This document shows positions 10,219-18,161 of a stretch of DNA of 64,000 bases, piece after piece (the first letter of the stretch is position 1; every line of letters begins with the position of its first letter). This DNA is from Oculina patagonica (taxonomy: Eukaryota). The translations under genes and the position numbers were made by a program. The notes under the pieces were generated by a model, which worked only from the letters and a program-made list of their open reading frames with translations, was not told where the DNA came from and searched no databases. Where the stretch lies: assembly GCF_052425735.1 (NCBI RefSeq), contig NC_135764.1, forward strand, positions 6,634,001 through 6,698,000. The letters are read 5' to 3'.

Positions 10219-11472
10219 TTATAAAAGTACAGATTCTAACTGCCTGCCAAGTATATTCATTTGGGCGTCGCTGATTACGTAAATGTGGCAGTTCAAATTA
10301 CCTGAGCCGCTTGCTTTCCTCTCTAGCTCAAGCTGGACACCGTCCTTTGTGTTCACAAGGCGCGTGCCGCTTCCGTGCATCGAGTGGTCAGCCATGGAAC
10401 GCAGATCAATAAGAAGGCCAAACTTGTCTTCTGTGTAAAACTTTTGCAGAGTCATGTGCTGCGTTTTATTTTTTTCTTTCATGTAGAATCTTTTAACTTC
10501 TCCCCAAATGTCCATTCCTTCGATGCCGTTGTTGTACAGCATGTTTGGCGAGCCGTTGACAGTGATGCTTACTTTTGTAAGGTCCGGGTTAATGTACTTT
10601 TCCGAGCTCCTTGCACCTTTGTTATATTGCTCAATAAATAGGAGCAAGATACCTTTCATGGACCTCCTCTGCGGGTTGACCCTTAGATTCAGACGTGTGT
10701 CGGAGCCTTTTGCAAAAGTCACCACTTTAACACGCTGGATGTGGTCGTAAGCGAACTCTTTGCCGCCCGAATAAGCGCTGAACGCTTCATCTGCAATTTC
10801 CTTGCTTCTTATCATCTCGTACTCCAGCTGGATGTTTGTCAACTTGTATTTCAGTTTTGTTGTATCTGAGCCTCTGACCACATGTTCGGCTGCCGCGAGC
10901 TTCAGTTCGAACACAAGATCGTTGTATAGTGCCTGAGGATAAAATGCCCCATGGTCAGTTAAAATCTGGTGATCCAGGCGGATGCGGTATTTATTACCAT
11001 ATAGCTCATTCAGCTTTTTTTCTGCTTCGACTCCTGAAGTTTTCTTATCGCCAGCATTTGAGCGAATTTTGTTAAGGTCCTCGCTCTGAATGCCCTCTGG
11101 CACCCTGTCGTCGCGCTCCTCCTGCGAAAGGAAAAAATCCTCAAATATTTTGTAGATGTCATAGCCAACCGTGTCCTGCACGACGGTGCCTTCGTACTTT
11201 ACAACAAAATCGTCGACCAGAGCTCGGCTGACGTTGTCAACCAGAAAGTTGTTGGCATGGCCTCCGCTCAAGTCGATGTTGAAGCGCAGCGCCAGCGAGC
11301 CAGGCACAATGACCTCGTTTTCGTTCAGCTTGGGCACTGAAACATACAACGTTTCCTCTGGATTGGCTTCTGTGCGGTCAAAAGTGATTCGTTTTACCGC
11401 GCGCTCGGCTTTCAGTGCGCCGAGTATTTTCTCTGTGCGTCCCGGTCGAAGGTTTTCTTGAACAGCAGCCAT
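10219..11472 (-). CDS. Probable double-jelly-roll major capsid protein
   Basis: 417 aa, beta-strand-rich, adjacent to the packaging ATPase. Patterns such as YKLTNIQLEYE, KVSITVNG and FGLLIDLRS resemble Polinton/PLV major capsid proteins. Needs structural confirmation. Confidence 0.72.
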   Translation of the reverse strand: MAAVQENLRPGRTEKILGALKAERAVKRITFDRTEANPEETLYVSVPKLNENEVIVPGSLALRFNIDLSGGHANNFLVDNVSRALVDDFVVKYEGTVVQDTVGYDIYKIFEDFFLSQEERDDRVPEGIQSEDLNKIRSNAGDKKTSGVEAEKKLNELYGNKYRIRLDHQILTDHGAFYPQALYNDLVFELKLAAAEHVVRGSDTTKLKYKLTNIQLEYEMIRSKEIADEAFSAYSGGKEFAYDHIQRVKVVTFAKGSDTRLNLRVNPQRRSMKGILLLFIEQYNKGARSSEKYINPDLTKVSITVNGSPNMLYNNGIEGMDIWGEVKRFYMKEKNKTQHMTLQKFYTEDKFGLLIDLRSMADHSMHGSGTRLVNTKDGVQLELERKASGSGNLNCHIYVISDAQMNILGRQLESVLL

Positions 11473-11538
11473 CTCTCGATTGGTTTTATTGTTAAATTGA
11501 AAAGTTTAATTTGAAAATATATATATATAAATTAAGCG

Positions 11539-12933
11539 ATGGCAACAGGTGGTGATGATTTTGGATTCGAGGACCCTGATTTGGACAAAGATCTTGACCA
11601 CAACAGTGATAACGATGATGAAGAGGGACAAGAGGTCGACACAACCCGACCATTTCAGCCCGGGGAGGCATCCACACCCTACCATGGGGGTGAACAACAT
11701 GAAATGCAAACGATGCAGCACGAACAGAGCGGGCTGCCAGATACATCCTACGACGAAACACCTTTTCTTGAAAGAACCCCTTCGATAAGTGATCTTCAAA
11801 AAGAAAGTTTTTTGCGGCAAAAACTTAAAAAAGCTGTAGACACGATAAAAGGCAAATTCCCCAAAGCAAATTTTGAAAAAATTAGAATTAGAAGAGGCAC
11901 TGGGAAAAATGAGGGGAAAATTGTTGCTATAGGAACTAAAAAAGGCGAGTACAAGATTCTAAAAGATAATGAGTCAGGCTTCATGAAAAACTTTTTAGAC
12001 AGCTTCAAAGATGAACTTGGGCCGTCAGCTGAAGATCTTATTGCTCAAGACAATGAGAGCATAAGAGATGAACGTCAAAGATTAAGAGAAGCTGAAAGTC
12101 AAATACAACAGGCAGAAACAATTGACATGCAGAAAGAAAAAGCCACCCAAGAAGTAGAAGATTTCAGAATAAGAATCGAGCGAATAAATGCCAAGATGGA
12201 ACAACTTGGGTCAAATGTTGAAAATGAATCAGAATTGCGCAGACTTAAGCAACTGAAAAAAAATCTTGAAAAGGATTTTGAAAACAAAAAAAAAGAAGTT
12301 GCTGCTCTTGAAAAACAAGCTAAGCAGAAGGCAAAAGAACAAACACGAGTCGACCAACTAAGGGCAGGCCTCGCTGCCAAAGAGAGCGAAAGAAACACAT
12401 TGCAAGAAAGGCTCAACGACACAAGAGCGTTGGATGATCTAAAAGAAAAAGAAGCCGAGCTGAAGCAACAAAACGAGGAAGATCAAGCTGTTATAGAGGA
12501 TGAGAATGCATCCCCCACTAACAAACAAGCTGCGGAAGAAAGAGTTGCAGAAAGAACCGAGGAGCTCGGGCGTTTGCAAACGCAGATTGCAGAAAGAGAA
12601 AGGGCGCTTCCACTTCGTGAGAGGATCAAAGAGATCTTCAAAAAATATGGCGTGACAGTAACAGCAATACTTCTTGCTGCTGGTGTCACGATTGGTTCTG
12701 TAATTGGTGCCATTACAAACTCTTTGAAGGCCACCGGCAAAGCGTTGGGAAAAGGCCTAAGTGATATTGGCTCAAAGGTAGCATCAGCTCTGCCTGGTCT
12801 CATTGGCTCGATTGCGAAATTTCTTTTCAAAACCGCTGGTCAAGTAATTGGATTTCTTGCAGAGCACACCTGGCTGCTTATCCTTGCTGTGGTTGCTTTT
12901 CTTGTTGAAAAATACATCAAAAAGAGACGTTAG
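11539..12933 (+). CDS. Viral coiled-coil protein with acidic N-terminus and C-terminal membrane helices, 464 aa
   Basis: Long E/K/Q/R heptad region, then GVTVTAILLAAGVTIGSVIGAI and WLLILAVVAFLV followed by a basic tail KKRR. Confidence 0.8.
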   Translation: MATGGDDFGFEDPDLDKDLDHNSDNDDEEGQEVDTTRPFQPGEASTPYHGGEQHEMQTMQHEQSGLPDTSYDETPFLERTPSISDLQKESFLRQKLKKAVDTIKGKFPKANFEKIRIRRGTGKNEGKIVAIGTKKGEYKILKDNESGFMKNFLDSFKDELGPSAEDLIAQDNESIRDERQRLREAESQIQQAETIDMQKEKATQEVEDFRIRIERINAKMEQLGSNVENESELRRLKQLKKNLEKDFENKKKEVAALEKQAKQKAKEQTRVDQLRAGLAAKESERNTLQERLNDTRALDDLKEKEAELKQQNEEDQAVIEDENASPTNKQAAEERVAERTEELGRLQTQIAERERALPLRERIKEIFKKYGVTVTAILLAAGVTIGSVIGAITNSLKATGKALGKGLSDIGSKVASALPGLIGSIAKFLFKTAGQVIGFLAEHTWLLILAVVAFLVEKYIKKRR

Positions 12934-14593
12934 CGCATAAGGGTGTAGAGCAAAGCTGCTGCTCCAACCGCGCCAACAGCAACAGTTGCTTTGTTTATTT
13001 CGTGTGAATCATTGGCTACGGCCTTCGTAGCTTTAGCGCTTTGCGCGTTGCTAGCTGGTGTTTCAGCAGCGCTTGCGGCGGGTGCCTGATTTTTTTTGCT
13101 GTGGCGCTCTTGTGTATAGGATTTGAAGGGTGGCTGTTTGGTGGGTTGATTTTTGATTTTCCTCCGGCCATCAGTTTAAGAGCTGCTTTTTTTGTAGCTT
13201 TATTAACCTCATCATTCACTCCTAATTTCATCCCAACAACAGCCTGCTTAAGCTGGTTATTGTAACCAACAACGCTTTCTGTGTTTATCACCATACGAGC
13301 GGGCATCAGCCAGGCACCTGGGCAGACTGCAAGGTTAAGCCGAACCTTAGCTTCGTCGATGGCTAGTTGGTATCTTTGGACCGACTTTGCCAGATCAGGT
13401 TGCCTTATAGCGTCTTCAACCAACACGAGGAACTCACTTTGCGCTTCCTTTGCACGGCCGCCTGTTCCAAGTATGCTACTTCGAACGTTCACCTGCGAAC
13501 CGAGAATACAGTAGACAAAAGCCTCTATCGACTGGTTTACTCTCGACAAACCTGCCTGAGTAAGCCCTTCAGTGCCGTTAGGACAAAACCAGTCTGCCTG
13601 TGCATATGCAGCGTCGTCTGGCTCGATGTATTGAATCAAGTTACCTTTGCTTGCAGTTCCACCTTCATCCGAAAATTTATCGTAATCGGGGTATTTTGCT
13701 CCAGTTTTGTTTGGTCCAATGTTAGTAATCCAGATATAAACGTTACCAAGTCCGTGGTTTGCGCCTGTTGTGAAACGGAAATCGCTTGACGGGTCGACAC
13801 CGAACTCAGCGCATATTCTTTTGTAAGAAGCCACGTCGTACTTGTTGTCGAACTGGCTAAAAGTGGGGTCGCCTGGCAAGGCGCTTACGCTCTGAATTCC
13901 CCCCATCTGAAACAATATTCGCCTTATCGTGAAATAAACGTGAAAAAGATAAAAATTACGCACAATCGGTGGCAAGCTAAGAGCTGAGTGCTCTTCATCG
14001 AAAATATCTCGACTTATACCGCAGCCTGTTGTCGCGCACCATACCGCAAAGTTAAGTTGCTGTGGCCAATAGCCCATATTTTGGCTAGCAAGCCACCTTT
14101 TTGACTCTTTTCCTGATGTATGCTTCAGTTTTGTTTTTTGAAAAATCTCTCTTAATTTCGTTGTGAAATATTGGTCTGGTGTGACGTAGATGTTGATTTT
14201 GCTGTTAAATATTTTTTTCAAACTCGGTGCGGCTTCGTGAAATCCAACCGCGGGAATTGGCAAAGATGAGCCTTTTGCGCCGCTTGGTGACAGCTGTTGT
14301 GGAAAACCGCCTGAAATTTGATTCACCCCCAGTGCTTTTTTCATCTCTGGGCTCCAATATTTGCTGTCAGAGCCAAAAACATTTATCAAATGGCCTTGCC
14401 CTGCCTTGTAATAAATGTCTGCCGTTGCTGTGTGGTTGTACGCGAACTCAACCTGTGCAACAAATTTTGTTCGGTCAGAGTTTGGATATTTTGCAAGAAA
14501 AGGTTTCCATGCATTGTCTTTTGCCGCTTTAGAAATTGTAGTTGCTTCTGGGGTTTTCATCCACTTCATAAAACCTCTTGTTTTTGCATCCAT
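12930..14593 (-). CDS. Large viral protein of unknown function; probable true C-terminus with membrane anchor reached via a -1 shift at the A8 run (13090-13097)
   Basis: The 525-aa ORF spans 13016-14593. The -1 frame continues NQAPAASAAE...ATVAVGAVGAAALLYTLMR* and its TAA (12930-12932) overlaps the TAG of the convergent gene. Confidence 0.75.
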
Positions 14594-14639
14594 GGTCCTC
14601 TTTTATATTAAACATTTTTTATTTTTATTTAATATAAAA

Positions 14640-15335
14640 ATGGTTGTGCTGACTGTTACCACAAAAGAAAATCCGAACACTGTTTATTTTGACCAGCCTA
14701 TTCCAAAACCAAGCTATATCCGGCTTTTAAGTTGTTCTCTTTACAACAGCTGGAATAGTTTGGAAAAGGATGGAATAGTTTTTTATAAACAAGTGAACAA
14801 GGAAGAAAAGGCGCGTTATATACGGCAAGGAAACTTCTCACTCGATGACATTGGGAGTATTTTTGAAAAAGGATTTCCAGAGAAAAACATGTTTTCTGTA
14901 ACAAAAGGCATTGCAGGCCGTTCATTGATAATAAAAGCAAAAGAGCCCAATTTAAAAACTTTTGGACTGAATGAAAGTCTTATTAAGTTCTTTAATTTGC
15001 CTTGGTTTGAGAATTACGCAAGTATTGAAAAGGAATTTTTTGAAACAATTGAGGTAAATAATGTTTCAAATCCTAAAAATTACTTCATCAACTGTGACCT
15101 TATCGACAAGCAACAAAGCTTGCTAAATGGTAAGCCATCAAGCCTTTTAGCGTTTTTTGACATACGTGGAAAACCGTATGAAAAAGTTTATTACCAAAAT
15201 ACACATTTTAACGTCTTGCGCGACGTTTCTGCTGAAGAAAATGTATCATCTCTGACTCTTTCGATTAGAGATGAGAATGGAAAGCCATTCGATTTTAACG
15301 GCACAAATCTTACATATGAGTTGGAATTGAATTAA
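14640..15335 (+). CDS. Probable minor capsid (penton-like, single jelly-roll) protein
   Basis: ATG at 14640 follows an AT-rich spacer. Motifs YFINCDLI..NG.SSLL..F and LSIRDENGKPFDFNG..YELEL are typical of Polinton/PLV minor capsid C-termini. Confidence 0.68.
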   Translation: MVVLTVTTKENPNTVYFDQPIPKPSYIRLLSCSLYNSWNSLEKDGIVFYKQVNKEEKARYIRQGNFSLDDIGSIFEKGFPEKNMFSVTKGIAGRSLIIKAKEPNLKTFGLNESLIKFFNLPWFENYASIEKEFFETIEVNNVSNPKNYFINCDLIDKQQSLLNGKPSSLLAFFDIRGKPYEKVYYQNTHFNVLRDVSAEENVSSLTLSIRDENGKPFDFNGTNLTYELELN

Positions 15336-15371
15336 ATTAAATACAAAAATAACTTTTATGTATACGAGACC

Positions 15372-16058
15372 ATGTCATCTGCTAATGTTCTCCCGAGTGC
15401 CCCTGCTTATGGTGATCGCGAAGAAAACAGCGTAAAACAAACACTGTATCCCGCTTTGCCAAATCAACCAGAAAACTTTAGGTTAACAAAAATCAATCAA
15501 ATTTGTTCAGAATTTGACAAAGAAGTTGCAAAATACCGAGCTGTTTTGAAAAAGTATAAAAAGGTGAAGTCTTTTTTTCATTATTCCGCAATTTCAATGG
15601 GTGGTTTGTCCAGTGTTCTCTCTGCTTCCAGCCTTGGAACAGCGGTAACAGTCGTTGGTTTGCCGGTAAGCGTTCCTCTCGCAGCATGTGCTGCAATTAC
15701 AGGCGTTTTGTCAGCCGCTTTCACTGGAGCGAGCAAAAAACTTGAACCAAAAATTTTGAAAAATAATGAAATTACTTCGCTTGCTGTTGCCAAACGTGAA
15801 ACTGTCAATAGACTTGTCTCTGCCGCTCTCATTGACAATAAAGTTGATGACAAAGAGTTCCAAATTATTTTGGATGAATATTCTCGTTACATGGCTCTCA
15901 AAGAGACTGTTCGCAGGCACCTTTCAAAAAATTTAAGCCAAAAAAAGTCATCTCCACAGCCGGACATTGAGAAACTGAGACAGGAAATTCGACAAGAAGA
16001 ATTAGATAGGTTAAAAAAAAGAATATCAGCAGAGTCGAAATCAGATTTGAGAAAATAA
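15372..16058 (+). CDS. Viral membrane-associated protein with PSAP and LYPxL motifs and central hydrophobic hairpin, 228 aa
   Basis: VLPSAPAY and TLYPALP near the N-terminus, with a ~45-aa Gly/Ala/Ser/Val-rich hydrophobic region flanked by amphipathic helices. Confidence 0.75.
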   Translation: MSSANVLPSAPAYGDREENSVKQTLYPALPNQPENFRLTKINQICSEFDKEVAKYRAVLKKYKKVKSFFHYSAISMGGLSSVLSASSLGTAVTVVGLPVSVPLAACAAITGVLSAAFTGASKKLEPKILKNNEITSLAVAKRETVNRLVSAALIDNKVDDKEFQIILDEYSRYMALKETVRRHLSKNLSQKKSSPQPDIEKLRQEIRQEELDRLKKRISAESKSDLRK

Positions 16059-16100
16059 ACACTGGATTTAATCTGAGTGTTCAGAAAAATAAAATTAACG

Positions 16101-16187
16101 CATGACACAAATCGTGACATTGTGTTACACACAGCGTGACATTGTGTGACACAGAGCGTGACAGTCACGCGTGACGTTGCGTGACAG
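16101..16187. repeat. Array of GTGACA-containing short repeats
   Basis: About 8 copies of (C/T)GTGAC(A), including a ~22-bp tandem unit. Confidence 0.7.
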
Positions 16188-16202
16188 GTCAAACGAAAGG
16201 GC

Positions 16203-16413
16203 AAAACCCTGGTCGGGGGGTGCTCGTTGGCTGTTTCTTGCCTAGCCCCGGCTAGGACTTTTTCCCCGCCGCTGACAAGGCGGCTGTCCCACATTTTTAC
16301 CTCTGCCGAGGTTTGAAATCCCGAGGAATTTCTGAGCACCCCCACGTTATCAGTAGGGCCGAGGCGGGTTCACCCAGGGGTATCTCCCACTGAAAGGAGT
16401 CCCCCTATACCCC
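16203..16413. other. GC-rich, highly structured non-coding island (candidate ncRNA or cis-element)
   Basis: 10-bp stem 16216-16225/16334-16343 enclosing several hairpins. A second stem GGGGTAT/ATACCCC lies at 16377-16413. Confidence 0.5.
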
Positions 16414-17386
16414 GTAATTCACCATCCGCACAAGCCATTATAACAGGATTCAAGTGGTTGGCCATCCACTACCTCCCTTGACTTCACCAGAATTTGTGAA
16501 CTAACAAAAAATTACGGCCGCGTTAACTTATATATAGTTCACTTTGTCACGTTTTTCACTTGTGGTACCCTTTCACCTATTTTGAGCAAGTACGCATGCG
16601 CTTTTGGGCATCAGGATGATGTCATCATTAATTAGACACTTGGTAAAGTTTGGTAAATAGGCTAAAATGTTGGTGCTTTTCCAAGCGATTTGCTTTATTT
16701 TAACCGAACTTTCTACTCCCGTTTGGCAAAATGAGGTCAGACAGATAACATATCAAGTCGTGGAAGCAATGCTTGAAGCAGAAAAAAAAATAAACAGGCC
16801 CGATTGAGTCCGATGTTTCGGGAAAGTTCTTTCGATCGATCGATAAACTTCTGTGATCAAATCCTGTTATTTCTCGATTTCTTCTCTTCGCTTCACTTCG
16901 GCAGCTTCTGTGGGGGCACAAAAAATTACAGCGCGTTAACTGAGCGTATTTTTTTTGTAATATCTGTTCTGTTTCGTTTTTTATCGGCCCAAACACTAAA
17001 TCCTGATTAGGCCGCCATGTTTCTTTCTGCTCGTCCAAGGGCCTGAGAACTAGAAATATGGTTTCCAGGCTCTCTCTGAAAATGTCACGCAACTCACGTA
17101 AGTCGCTCGCGATTTTGCGTGCCGCTAGCAGGGCAATCATTTTTTTGTGTCTGTAAACGGTCAGAAAAAATGGTTTTAGCGCGTTTAACGTTAGCGAAGG
17201 TTTTTTTAATGTTGTTTTCTTTTATAAATAAAAAAAAAAAAGTCGCAAGCTTAAACCTTTTTTGTCAATTAAAGGTTCGTCGCCCTAAAGTACAATGGTT
17301 GGTTTAAATGATTGGTACGAAGTTCAGTCTGTCGGCTCTTCTTCCGGCAGTTAATTAATTTGTTTACCCATTTTTTTGCTTTTTCT

Positions 17387-17899
17387 TTAGTTCCATTTCC
17401 ACGACTGCTTTCCAGATTTTTTTGTTAGCTTTAGCCAAGATTTGCTTAGCGATTTCAGTTTTTTTTGCCTTAAATTTTCCGGAATTTTTTCAAAATCATA
17501 GACATAGTCGTACACTTCTCCTAACCTCAAAAAAGCTTCATGATATTTTGTTAAAGTAAGATAATCCAACGATTTTTTTGGTAAAACTGTCGTTATTGGA
17601 ACAAATTCTTCGTTTTTTTCACTGTTGGGTAAGTCTTCACTTTTTCCAAAAAGTTCTGGTTTTTTCAGTTTCATACTTTTTTTTAAAGTAAAGTCTCTTT
17701 CCAACAATTCTTCAAAAATTTCTTTGCTAAGCTCTTTAGTTTTCAGTTTTGAAATTGCTACAACCAAGCCGTGTATAAATTTTGTCATGTCAACACTTAC
17801 ATATTGTTGTAAATATCGATCAAAAATTTTTTCGTTTTGGATGTAAAACTTTCTCGTTCTCGGTCCTTTTGGTTGAAAAACATCTCTCGTTGGCTCCAT
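17387..17899 (-). CDS. Hypothetical basic viral protein, 170 aa, reading inward from the right TIR
   Basis: ATG lies 14 nt inside the TIR boundary, mirroring polB. Lys/Leu-rich. Confidence 0.65.
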   Translation of the reverse strand: MEPTRDVFQPKGPRTRKFYIQNEKIFDRYLQQYVSVDMTKFIHGLVVAISKLKTKELSKEIFEELLERDFTLKKSMKLKKPELFGKSEDLPNSEKNEEFVPITTVLPKKSLDYLTLTKYHEAFLRLGEVYDYVYDFEKIPENLRQKKLKSLSKSWLKLTKKSGKQSWKWN

Positions 17900-17913
17900 T
17901 TACCCTGAGGTGT

Positions 17914-18161
17914 TATTTGTTCAATTGAAAAATAAATCTAGCACACAGGTGGCGCTCTCTGTTGCTGCGGGCCGTTAGAGGTGCCGCCAACGCCTTTTTT
18001 GCAACTCGTTTCGCGAGAGGGGTAAGAAAGGCGTCTTGCGTTCCGCACACACATGTAAATTAGGAGTTGTGGACACAAATTGTGACAAGGAGCGAGGCGA
18101 GCCCGGGCGAGCCGAGCGAGTTGTCACAATTTGTGCCACAACTCCTAATTTACATGTGTGT
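17914..18161 (-). repeat. Right TIR (248 bp) with terminal hairpin 18047-18161
   Basis: Reverse complement of 1824-2071, with no differences seen by eye. Confidence 0.95.

Larger units (their letters stand above)
1824..18161. mobile_element. Polinton/Maverick-like endogenous dsDNA virus, full length 16,338 bp
   Basis: 248-bp TIRs and TSD CGTCC at 1819-1823 and 18162-18166. Removing the element restores the host repeat (..ACGTCCCTTGAGA). It carries pPolB, rve integrase, A32 ATPase and capsid-like genes, and is intronless and gene-dense. Confidence 0.95.

Noticed and set aside
14415-14639. N-terminal extension of the 306-aa ORF
   Set aside because: It overlaps the 525-aa gene antisense and the AT-rich spacer. 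The ATG at 14640 is the more plausible start.
16700-17307. ORFs of 146, 68 and 62 aa in the right-hand viral region
   Set aside because: They have non-ATG or weak starts, no motifs and overlap one another. They cannot be supported, though a small or decayed gene is not excluded.
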